Positions 30,755 to 40,882 of a stretch of 64,000 bases of DNA are shown here, piece by piece. Position 1 is the stretch's first letter. Each line of letters starts with the position of its first letter. The position numbers and the translations under genes are program-made. The notes under the pieces are model-generated. The model saw only the letters and a list, made by a program, of their open reading frames with translations, made no database searches and was not told the origin of the DNA. The DNA comes from an uncultured Verrucomicrobiae bacterium (GTDB lineage: Bacteria > Verrucomicrobiota > Verrucomicrobiia > Chthoniobacterales > Chthoniobacteraceae): NCBI GenBank assembly GCA_963769025.1, contig CAVYKI010000003.1:768001-832000 (forward strand), read 5' to 3'.

Positions 30755-31969
30755 TCAGGGACGCGCGGACAGTTCGCCGGTGGTGCGCGCGCATCGCTCA
30801 AAGCACTCGAACAAAATCCGCCGCATCCGGGCCGCGTCGAACTCGGTCCGGGCGCAGCGGACAATCTCGCCGCGGAATCGCGCCCACGGATCGGGTTCTG
30901 AAAGCGCGTCCGACAATCGCTGCTCCAGCCCGTCCTCCGACGTCGCATCGCAGCACACGCCGATGTCGTAGGCGCGGGCCATTTTCATGACGCTGCATCC
31001 CGGATGCCCCAACGTGATGAGCGGCAGACCCGCGGCGAGACACGTGATGAATTTGGTCGGAAAGCTGAACCGGTTGTAGCGGGGGTTCCCATCGGTCAGC
31101 GCCATCGGCGAAAAGCCCCAATCGCAATCGCGCAGCCGCTGCGACAACTCCGGCTCCGCGAGATTTCCGTGTTCGATGATCCACTCCGCATCGAACCATG
31201 GCCGCGCGGCATACGAATGCGCGCCAAAGAGGTGCATCTCGATCCGCCGTGGCTGCGCGGCCTTCACCCGCCTGAGGGCCGCGACGAAACGCGCGAACAC
31301 CTCTTCGACGACGATGGTCCCGGCGTGAGCGATCCGAATCGCGGAGCGTGGCGCGGACTGTTTCGTTTCCAGAAATGCGAAGTCCTCCGGCTCGAGTCCG
31401 GCGTGCAGCATCTGCGAGGCTTCGCAGCTGGTCCGCTCCTGCAAATCGGCGATCATCGGGTGCGAAGTTGCATCCCTCGTCGTCGCGGTCGCGTAAAGCT
31501 TTTCCGCCGCACGGGCGAGACGCTGGCAGCGTTCGGTTCCGAAGCGCGGAATGTTGCCGCCGACATCCACGAAGTCCTGGACGGTGACGTGGAATCCAAC
31601 GCGCGCAGCCGGCAGGACCGAGGCAAGCGGCAGGACCGCCCAGTTGTGGGGAATGACCCAAATCACATCCGGTCGCACTTCCCGGATCGCCGCGCGGAGA
31701 TGGCGCGCAGCCCACCGTGCCCACACGTTCTCAAGGAGCCATGATTTTGGGAGGATCATCCGATTTTGCGGATACAGTTTTGCCGGAATGCGCGCCACGC
31801 GGTGAGCCGCAGTTTCCATTCGGAAGCGTTGATCCCTTTCCGGCAGGCAACTCCACCATGCGAGACGATCCACGGGCCAATCCTTCAACATCTGGCGGAC
31901 CACCGCCGGGCCGCCGCCGGATGCGTTCGGCGGAAATTCAGTGGCGACCAGCAGTTTGGGCGCTGGCAT
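30755..31969 (-). CDS. GT-B/GT4-like glycosyltransferase
   Basis: FPPNASGGG, IAHAGT, SFPTKFITCLAAGLPLI. Confidence 0.75.
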   Translation of the reverse strand: MPAPKLLVATEFPPNASGGGPAVVRQMLKDWPVDRLAWWSCLPERDQRFRMETAAHRVARIPAKLYPQNRMILPKSWLLENVWARWAARHLRAAIREVRPDVIWVIPHNWAVLPLASVLPAARVGFHVTVQDFVDVGGNIPRFGTERCQRLARAAEKLYATATTRDATSHPMIADLQERTSCEASQMLHAGLEPEDFAFLETKQSAPRSAIRIAHAGTIVVEEVFARFVAALRRVKAAQPRRIEMHLFGAHSYAARPWFDAEWIIEHGNLAEPELSQRLRDCDWGFSPMALTDGNPRYNRFSFPTKFITCLAAGLPLITLGHPGCSVMKMARAYDIGVCCDATSEDGLEQRLSDALSEPDPWARFRGEIVRCARTEFDAARMRRILFECFERCARTTGELSARP

Positions 31970-31972
31970 GGC

Positions 31973-32815
31973 TCAGCCTTTCACCGCGATGATGTTGCAG
32001 CCGTCGCCGAATCCCGCGGCGGCGGCGGCATCGAGCAGCTTGCGCTTCCACCGGCTGTCCGGCGTGTAGCCGTGCAAGGTGCGGCAGGAAAAAATCGAGA
32101 AGCCTTCCGCCCGCAACAGACGGCGCATCTGCGCGGCAGTGAACTGCCAGAGGTGCGAGTCGAGGCACCATGTCCCCCATTTTTCACGGAGCATGAATCG
32201 CGGGAGCGAAGCGTAGTTTGGAAAGGCCAGCATCAACTGGCCGCCGGACTTCAAGAGGCGATGCATCTCGCGGAGATAGGCCACGGGATCGGGGACGTGC
32301 TCGATGGTGTGCGAGCAGTGGATCACATCGAAGACTTCCGGCTTCTCCCATTGCCCGATCAGGCTCCCCTGCCGCGTCTCGAAGCCGAGCTGCGCGCAGA
32401 GCCCGGCGGCCCATTTCGAGTGATCGAGTCCGGTGGCTGCAAAGCCCATCGTCTGTGCGAGCCTGAGCGCGCGCCCGGTCGAGCATCCCACGTCGAGAAA
32501 CGTGACGTCCTTCTGGCTGAACTGACGCAGGCGCGCCGTCATCAGATCGGCGAAGTGGCTCAGGCCGTGCGGATGGATCGCCTGCCCCTGCCCGGCGTAG
32601 GGGGCGTGGTAGTCCTCCTCGTATTCGTCGGTGATCCCCGGCATGCGGCGGCGCACGCCGCATTTGCCACAGCGAACGATGCTGACATCGCGCACCGGAT
32701 CGCGCCCGAGCGTCCACTCCTTGAAATGATGGATGCGCCGGAAACGCCCGCTCCCGCAGATGTTGCAGACTTCGGCTGCATAGGCTTTTTCGTGCATGGA
32801 AGCGTCGCTCGTCAT
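31973..32815 (-). CDS. Class I SAM methyltransferase with N-terminal Zn-finger-like CxxC pair
   Basis: CNICG...CGKCG, FLDVGCSTG, HTIEHVPDP, LLKSGG....FPN, HLWQF. Confidence 0.87.
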   Translation of the reverse strand: MTSDASMHEKAYAAEVCNICGSGRFRRIHHFKEWTLGRDPVRDVSIVRCGKCGVRRRMPGITDEYEEDYHAPYAGQGQAIHPHGLSHFADLMTARLRQFSQKDVTFLDVGCSTGRALRLAQTMGFAATGLDHSKWAAGLCAQLGFETRQGSLIGQWEKPEVFDVIHCSHTIEHVPDPVAYLREMHRLLKSGGQLMLAFPNYASLPRFMLREKWGTWCLDSHLWQFTAAQMRRLLRAEGFSIFSCRTLHGYTPDSRWKRKLLDAAAAAGFGDGCNIIAVKG

Positions 32816-32849
32816 CGAGCTATATCCCAGGAGATCATCGGGCGCGCAC

Positions 32850-33596
32850 TCACGTGACCCGGGCTACAAACAGGAGACCCGGAGAAAGACCCGGCATCTT
32901 GCGGCCCAGCCATGCATCCACACGCGCCGGGGCTGTCTTCATTTTTTTCATGAAGAACTTCGCCACCCAGAAGCAAACGCGCTCCCAAAAATAACCGTTC
33001 ATCCGGAACGATACTCCGCGCACGTCGGTGACGCTCAATCCTTCCTCGTTCAACAATCGGGACATGGACCTTATCGTGTAGAAGCGGACGTGCCCTGTGA
33101 GTTCCGTATCAGGCGAGGGGTAATGCAGCCACTCGAGCGTCCTCCCGAAAGGAACGGCCATCCTCACGAAAAGCGGGACCGCATTTGGGACAGTCACGAT
33201 CAGCGTGCCTCCCGGCGCCAGTGCATTTCTCGCGAGGCGAATGGCGTTTCTTGGATCGAGAAGGTGTTCGCAGACCTCGCTGATCACGATCACATCGAAC
33301 TTGGACGAAAATGGGAGGGCATCATCGTTGTTCAGATCGACTCGCATGACTCTCAGGCCGGCGGCGACGCAAACCTCCACCGCGCCCGCCTCATATTCAC
33401 AGCCGAAGACCTCGTGATGTTTCTGCAGGCGCTGAATCAGTGCGCCACGACCGCAGCCGATATCGCACAACTTCCCCGCCGGCAGGGCGGTCAGGATTCC
33501 TTCCAGGGTCATAAAACGCGAATCAGTCTCAAAATAGTCATCGGATGGATCGAGGCTCGCGGCCATCCTGACGTACGTCTTTGTGAGATAATCCAT
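32850..33596 (-). CDS. Class I SAM-dependent methyltransferase
   Basis: CDIGCGRG, EVCEHLLDP, LAPGGTLIVTVPN, HVRFYT. Confidence 0.88.
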   Translation of the reverse strand: MDYLTKTYVRMAASLDPSDDYFETDSRFMTLEGILTALPAGKLCDIGCGRGALIQRLQKHHEVFGCEYEAGAVEVCVAAGLRVMRVDLNNDDALPFSSKFDVIVISEVCEHLLDPRNAIRLARNALAPGGTLIVTVPNAVPLFVRMAVPFGRTLEWLHYPSPDTELTGHVRFYTIRSMSRLLNEEGLSVTDVRGVSFRMNGYFWERVCFWVAKFFMKKMKTAPARVDAWLGRKMPGLSPGLLFVARVT

Positions 33597-33668
33597 TCTA
33601 GCGTTGGGCGGTACCGGTTTGCCCGAATCCGTAAACCGGATGCGCAGAGAGGTCGAGAAGTTCGCTCT

Positions 33669-34934
33669 TCACTCCGCCTCTGGACGAGCGCGAAGGAAGC
33701 GCTTCCGCCATTGATGAAAGCGCACGCGGCAATGAAAGGGACGCAGGGCAATCTGCTCACGCAGCGAGTGGCCGAATTGATGCGCATCGAGATGGCGAGC
33801 GGCAGCCTGCGCATTGGCCAGATCCGCCGCGATGCGCGGGTTGTCGCACCCGGCGATGGTTGCGTTCAGCGCACCTTCGAGGCGATCCAGCGATGCCTCC
33901 GGATCGGCGAGCCGGCGGATTCGGAGCTGCGCCTGGCGACCCAGTTCCGCGCGCAAGCCGCGATCCGCTGCGAGGGTCAGAATTGCGCGGGCCATGGTGG
34001 CCGGTGTGCTGGCGATGAAGCCGCACGCGCCCGGTCGGACCAATTCGATCTGTGCCTGATCCCCCCAGGGCACGGAATTGGCGATGACCGGTTTGCCGTA
34101 GTTCATGGGTTCGGCGATGCCATAGCCAAAACTTTCCCCGATGCTTGATGTGTGCAACACGGCATCGAGGCTCGCGATTGTCATTCGCAGTTCGTGAAGG
34201 TCGCCTGTCGCAGGGAGAATGGCGAAGCGGTCGCGATCCGGCGATCCGGCGAGCGCGCGCGTCACAGCCGGCGGCGGTTCCCGGAGCAGGAGCTTGATGC
34301 GCGGGTTCTTTTGGAGTGCGAGCCGGAAGGCGCGCAGCGGGAGATCGGTCCACTTGTTCGGTTCCGGTCGCGATAAACGGCCGAAAAGAACCTCATCCCT
34401 CTCGATGCCGTGCGATGCACGGAAGCTGTCCACTGCATCGGGGGCAGGGGCATCCTCCGCATCCAATGGATAGATGGCGACGCTCGCTTTGCGGAAATAG
34501 TCTTCGTCCAGTTTCCGAAAACTGCGCCGTGCGGCCTGCACGCAACTCGTCCACGAAATAAACAGACGGAAATCCGTCCACCGATCCTCGCCGGGATTGT
34601 CGAGTTGCCCGAAGATGTTCGTCTGCACGACGGGGATTTTCGGGAGGCTGGCGAGCGCCTCGCCAAGCACGTCGCCCTCGTGCGGATGCCCCGGCGCGTG
34701 TGCGTGAATGACGCCGGGTTTCCGATCGCGCAATTCACGTGCGATGGCAGCGGGTGAGCGTTCCACCACCTGCACGGCGATTCCCGCGTCTTCCAATTCA
34801 CCTCTGCGCGGTCCGTCGCACAATGTGAGCACGGCGATGTCATGCCCGCGCTCTCGCAGGCCATGTGCCCAACGACAGGCCGCCTTTTCCGTGCCGCCGA
34901 GGCCGAGGGCGTTCAAAAACGTCAGGATCTTCAC
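33669..34934 (-). CDS. Glycosyltransferase family 4-like
   Basis: LGLGGTEK, VIHAH, GESFGYGIAEPM..GKPVI. Confidence 0.85.
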   Translation of the reverse strand: MKILTFLNALGLGGTEKAACRWAHGLRERGHDIAVLTLCDGPRRGELEDAGIAVQVVERSPAAIARELRDRKPGVIHAHAPGHPHEGDVLGEALASLPKIPVVQTNIFGQLDNPGEDRWTDFRLFISWTSCVQAARRSFRKLDEDYFRKASVAIYPLDAEDAPAPDAVDSFRASHGIERDEVLFGRLSRPEPNKWTDLPLRAFRLALQKNPRIKLLLREPPPAVTRALAGSPDRDRFAILPATGDLHELRMTIASLDAVLHTSSIGESFGYGIAEPMNYGKPVIANSVPWGDQAQIELVRPGACGFIASTPATMARAILTLAADRGLRAELGRQAQLRIRRLADPEASLDRLEGALNATIAGCDNPRIAADLANAQAAARHLDAHQFGHSLREQIALRPFHCRVRFHQWRKRFLRARPEAE

Positions 34935-35755
34935 AGTGCCGGAGATGGGCGGGTGTCACTCGCGGGGTTCGATCGTTCGAAAAGTTCCAATGAGGTGAAG
35001 CGATCCTCCTGCAACGTCCGCGTCCGGTCGAAACCGAGGCTGCGGAGACGTTCCTGACACGCAGACCGGTCGCACTTGTCGTGATGAAACTCAAAGATGG
35101 CCACGCGCGTCCGTCGCAGCAGATCGGGATAGTTTTGGATGACGTCCCATTCCGAGCCCTCGATGTCGCACTTGAAGAGATCGATGGAATCCCCCGGCGG
35201 CACAAGTGTGTCGAGGTTCACGAACGGGACCTCGATGCCCTTGGCGGAATCGTTCGTGGAGAGCGAAGTCATCGCGTGATAGGCGGCCCCTGCGATTCTC
35301 GCGGCCCCATCGAGTCTTCCCGCCAGACCATGCACGGCGTGGTGGCGGCCCTGTAAAGCCGGCGAAGCAGCGAGGCGCTGAACGAGCTGGGAGTACGTCC
35401 TCGGGCAGCCCTCGATACACGTGATTCGGAAGTTCCCCGCTTCCCGTTCAGTCTTTGCCAGCAGATGCGCCACCCGGAGCGCGAAAAAGCCGACGTTCGC
35501 ACCGATATCCAACACCTTGAGCGAGGCACCCGCGCCCTTTTGGGCGATGGCCGCCTGAATGGCAGTGTCGTATTCGTTATCGGCGAAAATCGCGGTGTAG
35601 ATGATCCAATCGGCCCAGCTTTTCACTTTGATGTGCACGCCCGTGGTGAGGAGGAGTCCGAGGTCGAGCCGCTGAAGGATGAGTTCGTGGAGCCTGTTTT
35701 TCAGATTCCACCGGATAGCACGGAGCTTGTTTGCGAGACGGACACGGAAAGACAT
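34931..35755 (-). CDS. FkbM family methyltransferase
   Basis: VLDIGANVGFF, IDLFKCDIEGSE, IFEFH. Confidence 0.88.
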   Translation of the reverse strand: MSFRVRLANKLRAIRWNLKNRLHELILQRLDLGLLLTTGVHIKVKSWADWIIYTAIFADNEYDTAIQAAIAQKGAGASLKVLDIGANVGFFALRVAHLLAKTEREAGNFRITCIEGCPRTYSQLVQRLAASPALQGRHHAVHGLAGRLDGAARIAGAAYHAMTSLSTNDSAKGIEVPFVNLDTLVPPGDSIDLFKCDIEGSEWDVIQNYPDLLRRTRVAIFEFHHDKCDRSACQERLRSLGFDRTRTLQEDRFTSLELFERSNPASDTRPSPAL

Positions 35756-35774
35756 AGACTCTTATCAATATTGG

Positions 35775-37211
35775 TCAGGTTCGGCGGTAGCGGGATGCCA
35801 GATACCCGGCGACCAACGTGCCATGAAGCACAGCCAGCCCAGCCGGAACCCCTGTCGAGCGGGGCACCGCGCGCCAGATCGCCAGAAAAAGCAGTGCGAC
35901 GGCACCTTGGCAGGCGACCATTTTCCAAGTCGCAAGCGCGCGCCATCCACCGCCCCCAATGAGCCGGATGACATACATGTCTTGGGCGATGTCGCCGAGG
36001 CGCCCGAACAGGTAACCCCATGCGACCCCGACCATGCCGGCCACATTCCACCCGACATAAATGCCGCCCGCGGTGAGGAGGCCCGTGGCGATCTGAAAGG
36101 CGCTCAATGTTCCCATCCGATCAAGAGGTCCCATCTGCGAGGCAGAAATGCTCGCGACGGCATTCAGACAGGCGCCCACGATCAGGATCGGGAAGACGGT
36201 TCCCACTGCAGTCCCGACCTCCTCCCCGAGCCAAAGTCGCAGGAGGACGGGGTACCAAACCGCCGTCCACAGCGCCACATGCAGATACCACCCGAAGACG
36301 AACGAGAAGCACTCATTATACACCGTTGCCACGGCGGATCCGCGCCCGAGCGAGATGCTCGTATTGCAGAAAACCGGCCCCATGATTGCCCCGCTCAGGC
36401 CCTGTATCCTCGCACCCACATTTGCGGCGATGTTATAATGGGCAAAGCTGGCAGCAGGCGCGATTTTTCCGACGATGAGGCGATCGATAGAACCAAACAG
36501 CGCCCCGGAGACCAGCGAAAGGACCGTCCTGCCCGTGAAGGACGACATTTCCCGGGCCCGCAGCCCGGAACAGGAGGCAATGTCGAGACCGAGGCCGTAA
36601 CGTTTGCGGGCATGAAGGCCATAGACAGCGAGTTGGAGCCCGGCGACAGCGGTGGCCCACAAAATGAGCACCATCGGATTGCGCGTCCATCGCGCGAGCA
36701 CAAGCGCGACCGCGAGTTGAAAAAGCGTCAGTGAAGTTCGCGCCACGCCGATGAATTTGTAGTCGAGGTGGACTTGGGACAGGATGTTCCAAAACTGCCC
36801 GTAACAGGAAAGAAAGAGGCCAAAACCGGCCGCGGCGAACGACCAGCGAAGCAAGTCCCTGCTTTCCGGATCCACGTTGAACCACTGCGGCCCAAGTCCG
36901 ATTCCCAGCGCCATGAACAAGGCAGCCATTCCCGCCAGGAGCGGAATCGCGATGGCGTTCGCGGTGCCCCAATATTCGCGGATGGCTTGTTTGTCGCCTC
37001 GCCCGAGGGCGATTCCGATGTAGCGCCCGACCGCCACCCCGAAACCGAGATCCATGAAGCCAAAAATGCCCGTGAAAGTGAGCACGTACATCCAGAGCGC
37101 ATACTTCTCCGGACCGAGGAAACGGTAGAAGAGCGGCACCGATATGATGTTCAACGCGGTCACCACGAGCAGTGGCAACATGTTCCATAGAGTCTGGCGC
37201 TTGAGGCTCAC
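35775..37211 (-). CDS. wzx: Oligosaccharide flippase (Wzx/MOP family)
   Basis: MSLKRQTLWN, LGPEKYALW, MDLGFG, DRLIVG, YNIA; about 12 TMs. Confidence 0.85.
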   Translation of the reverse strand: MSLKRQTLWNMLPLLVVTALNIISVPLFYRFLGPEKYALWMYVLTFTGIFGFMDLGFGVAVGRYIGIALGRGDKQAIREYWGTANAIAIPLLAGMAALFMALGIGLGPQWFNVDPESRDLLRWSFAAAGFGLFLSCYGQFWNILSQVHLDYKFIGVARTSLTLFQLAVALVLARWTRNPMVLILWATAVAGLQLAVYGLHARKRYGLGLDIASCSGLRAREMSSFTGRTVLSLVSGALFGSIDRLIVGKIAPAASFAHYNIAANVGARIQGLSGAIMGPVFCNTSISLGRGSAVATVYNECFSFVFGWYLHVALWTAVWYPVLLRLWLGEEVGTAVGTVFPILIVGACLNAVASISASQMGPLDRMGTLSAFQIATGLLTAGGIYVGWNVAGMVGVAWGYLFGRLGDIAQDMYVIRLIGGGGWRALATWKMVACQGAVALLFLAIWRAVPRSTGVPAGLAVLHGTLVAGYLASRYRRT

Positions 37212-37308
37212 CGTTTTTTGGAGCCTCCCGAGAGGCCATTCTCCGGCCCGGCTTTTTCAATGAAGCGCAGCCCCGAACGACTTTGCAGGCCGGTCGAGAA
37301 TCGGCGCA

Positions 37309-37899
37309 TCATGGTTTGGCAGCAGCCGCTTTCACAGCAGTTCCACGCGCCGCCGGCGGACCCACGGGATACGTCCCCTTGGGGTTGAAATGTTCGACCG
37401 TGAGTTTGCCGCCGGAGGCAGTGAGCCGTTCGATGACGACATCGCCCTCAAACTCCACCAGCAAATCGGGTCCCTTCACGACGAGCTTTCCCGGACGCGG
37501 AGGAACCACGGGAGAGCCGTTGACTTCCTGAAGCAGCGCAGTGCCATCGGCCTTGAGCGTAATCCGCCGGCTCCCGTTGGAGCCGTAGTTGACAAACCAT
37601 GTGCCAAAGATTTTCGGCGCCTCGGTGGCCACGATGCTGCTCGACTTGAGGGAGTCGATCTCGTCCTGCACGGCGGCAGCCCCGCGCGCGTCCCCGCGGG
37701 CGCCGAGCGTGCGCTTGAGCACATCGAGCCTCGATCCGTAACGGTCGCGGATGGGCCGTGTGGCAAACTCGATTTCCTTGAGATAGGTCCCGCGCGCCTG
37801 GGCGAGTTCCTGGGGTTCGTCGTCTGCTCGGACATGGTGCGGTGCGGCGCTCAAGACGAGCAAGAGTGCATGGAACAGGGCCGGGATGCGGGATCTCAT
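37309..37899 (-). CDS. Secreted hypothetical protein (helical N-domain plus beta-rich C-domain)
   Basis: Signal peptide ending VRA; good codon bias; ATG at 37899. Confidence 0.7.
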   Translation of the reverse strand: MRSRIPALFHALLLVLSAAPHHVRADDEPQELAQARGTYLKEIEFATRPIRDRYGSRLDVLKRTLGARGDARGAAAVQDEIDSLKSSSIVATEAPKIFGTWFVNYGSNGSRRITLKADGTALLQEVNGSPVVPPRPGKLVVKGPDLLVEFEGDVVIERLTASGGKLTVEHFNPKGTYPVGPPAARGTAVKAAAAKP

Positions 37900-37996
37900 A
37901 AGGAGCGGATGGGTTTCGCTGCAATCGTTGGTGTTGGTGGTGTTATGAAGCGGCAGCAAACAGGGTGGCGCATCGCTTGGCGGACGGTTCTTGCGT

Positions 37997-39586
37997 TCAG
38001 ATTATCGGAGCAGACTGGAGTGCCCTCCGGGAGCCGCCTGGCAGCGCCAGTTCGCCGCCGTTTCCCTGCGCAACGCCCGTCGCGTCGGGTGTGCCGAGCA
38101 ACTTCACCCGCGCACGGTCGATCACCCGGAGCAATCCGGCTGCAAAAAATGTTTCCGCCATATTCGAGTCATAGCCGCCAGCCACGAAGATGAAAGGCAA
38201 CGGCGCGAATACCACCGGCATCCCGACGAAAAGTGCCACGGGAAACAGGGCCGTTCCGTGGCACGCCCGGATCAGGCGGTAGGCCCGCACCGTCAGCAAC
38301 AGCATGAGCGGGAAAAACAAGGCAAGCCCGACCAGGCCTGCGTACCGGATCGTGGAGAGCGGTCCGCTGTGATAAGTGCCCACGATGAGGAACGCCTCCT
38401 GGCCGACGCCGGTCACAAAGCCCGTCGGGGACTGCATGATGCCGAGTTCGTAGCGCGTAAAACCGAACCCGTCGCCGAGCCACTTGTTCCGGATCCATTT
38501 GTCATCGACGAGGACCATGTTCCACATCTGGTAACGCCACTCGCTGGATGCCCGCGCGTCGCTCGCCGCTTCGTAATCCCAATTGCCAGGAAAAAACGAG
38601 AGCGCCCGCTGCGCCGCAAGGGGCAGTTGGAAAAGCCGCCCATGCCCAATCGCTGCAAACCCCACGAAAATCAAGGCGGCCAGCGCGAAGACGGCGATGT
38701 CCTGCTTGCGTTTCCGGAAATACGAGGAAAGGCCGATATACACGAACACCGTCAGGACTCCGCTGCGATAGCCCGAGAAAAGGACGCAGGTCATGAATGC
38801 GATCGCCGCCAGGAACCTGATCAAATGATGCGGAAAGAGAAAGCTGAAGGGCGTGAAGTAGGAAGTGAGCACCTGCATCCCCTTGACGCCTACGGCGCCC
38901 AGCAACGGGCGCCTTCCGAGCACATCTTCATTGATGATCTGGCCCGTCTCATACTCCGGCGGTGCGAATGTGGAATAGAACATCCCCAGACGCGTCGCCA
39001 TGGATGGCCAGACCAGCGTGATGAGGTTGCCAAGCGAGACAAAGGCTGCACCCGCCAGCGCAAAGATCGGAAGCAGCCGCACCTTCCCCAGATCCACCGG
39101 GACACGCTTGAGCACCGAGAAAGCGAGGAAGGCGATGAAGATGTCGAAGTACGGCCGGCCTCCCACCATCGTCGAGCCCAGCCAATCGACGCCGACGGGG
39201 TTGCGCGCGTACACCGTCACCAGATAGCCGAGATTGAGGAGCACGAAAAAATCGACCAGATCGAACTCGGGTTTGCTGCGGAGGAGCTTCAGCGCGTAAA
39301 ACACCAGAAAACCGACGGTGGCGACCCCGACGGCGATGTCGCGCACGGAAAGGGGCACGCCCGCAAACGGAAGCCGCCCCGTAAGCTCCCAGCACAGCGG
39401 GATCAGCAGCCAGACTCCGGTCCGCCAGAGGACGATCGTGGCAATCGTCACGACACCGAGCGCGATCAATCCGAGCAGCTTGAACTGGCCGCCACCGATC
39501 AGGCTGCCGCAGAGAATCGCAAACGCGCACGAGAGCACGATGGCGACGGCGGCGCTGACGTACTGGAGGGTGCGGTCGAGAGACAT
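37997..39586 (-). CDS. O-antigen polymerase/ligase-like (Wzy/WaaL family) membrane protein
   Basis: About 12 TMs; SGYRS, S.EWR..MW, WLGDGFG, YHSG (Wzy_C-like His). Confidence 0.78.
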   Translation of the reverse strand: MSLDRTLQYVSAAVAIVLSCAFAILCGSLIGGGQFKLLGLIALGVVTIATIVLWRTGVWLLIPLCWELTGRLPFAGVPLSVRDIAVGVATVGFLVFYALKLLRSKPEFDLVDFFVLLNLGYLVTVYARNPVGVDWLGSTMVGGRPYFDIFIAFLAFSVLKRVPVDLGKVRLLPIFALAGAAFVSLGNLITLVWPSMATRLGMFYSTFAPPEYETGQIINEDVLGRRPLLGAVGVKGMQVLTSYFTPFSFLFPHHLIRFLAAIAFMTCVLFSGYRSGVLTVFVYIGLSSYFRKRKQDIAVFALAALIFVGFAAIGHGRLFQLPLAAQRALSFFPGNWDYEAASDARASSEWRYQMWNMVLVDDKWIRNKWLGDGFGFTRYELGIMQSPTGFVTGVGQEAFLIVGTYHSGPLSTIRYAGLVGLALFFPLMLLLTVRAYRLIRACHGTALFPVALFVGMPVVFAPLPFIFVAGGYDSNMAETFFAAGLLRVIDRARVKLLGTPDATGVAQGNGGELALPGGSRRALQSAPII

Positions 39587-39680
39587 CGAATTGGGGATAT
39601 TACAAAAGATCGCCCGCATGGAAAGGGCGACTCTGAGCGAATCATCCCGCGAGGCGGAATGCGATCCGCGCGTCAGCGCG

Positions 39681-40827
39681 CTATTTTCGCTGCGCCTTCA
39701 GCCACGTGAGTGCGGAAAGTTCACCGTCGCTGCGGTTCCTGCGGAGGTATTCGGCGAGGAGTTCCCCGTTCTGGCTCTGCAGGACCCACTCCAGACCCGC
39801 CGTGAGATCCTTCACGTTCTGCTTCTGCGTTTCCATTTCCGCGAGGCGCTGCGCGGGTACGACGGTGAGCCATGCGGGCTGCGAATCGGCGGGCAGGGCC
39901 TTGAGGGCGCGGGCTTCCATCGAGACGCCGACGAGCTGGCCGATGAGCGTGCGCGAAGCCTCCGGCGTGGCGAAGGTGCGGCCGAGACTGTACGTGAGCC
40001 GGAGCGCGTCATCCGCCGCGGCGGTGTCGCCGGCGTCGGCTGCCGACTTCTGCCATTCCATGAGGCTGCGGGAAGACTGCTGCGCGGCGCCCATGTGCGG
40101 GAGCGTCAGGCCGGCCATCGCGAGGAGACTGGCCTCCACGGAACTGACCCCGAGGTCTTCGTAGAGCAGTTGCGCGCTGTCCATGCGCTCGTTGGCGTAG
40201 GTGTAAAATGCGGGGCGTTCGAGCGCGGCGCGGATCTCGGCGACGGCCTCACCGGTTTGCTTCGCCTTGAAAAGTTCCTGCGCGGAAAAAATCCACGGCA
40301 GCGGATTGTTCGGATCGGCGGCCTTGAATCGCTCGATGAGCGCCATGCGCTCCGCGTCCGGCTGGTAGGTCTCTCCAGGCTTGCGGATCCGCACTTGCGG
40401 GGACCGACTCGATCGCCGCCATCAGGACAATGGGGCTGTTGGGAAAAAGCTCGAGCGCGCGTTCGAGCAGCTGGCGGTCGCGGGTCACGCCGAACGCCGC
40501 GACGAGGTTCGCCGGGGTCTCGCCGTGCTTCGCGAGGAAGCGCGTGATGTCCTCCGCAGTGGCTTTGGGGATCGTTTCGCCAAAATCGTCCCGAGTTCAT
40601 CAGCGAGGCGAAGCGCTTCCAATTCACCGCCGGCGTCTTTTCGGCGGAGCCGTGGAGCCCGGCGAAATGGAATTCTGCGCGACGCTGCCCGACGCGTGCG
40701 TGTCGCCCATTTTGTCCGGCGGCAAATCATCAGGACCGGACGTTTCCGGACCTGCCGACAGAAAAAAATACGCGCACGCCGCAATGGCAGCGAGCAGCGC
40801 GACGGCGGCAACGACGCGGGCGTTCAT
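39681..40827 (-). CDS. Membrane-anchored helical/TPR-like hypothetical protein, frameshifted
   Basis: N-terminal TM MNARVVAAVALLAAIAACAYFF; coding pieces in different frames join into the 237-aa C-terminal ORF. Confidence 0.6.
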
Positions 40828-40882
40828 GGGAAGACTTTGCCAGCCGGGACGCGGTTCGTCGCGCGGTTTTTTCGGGTGGAGA

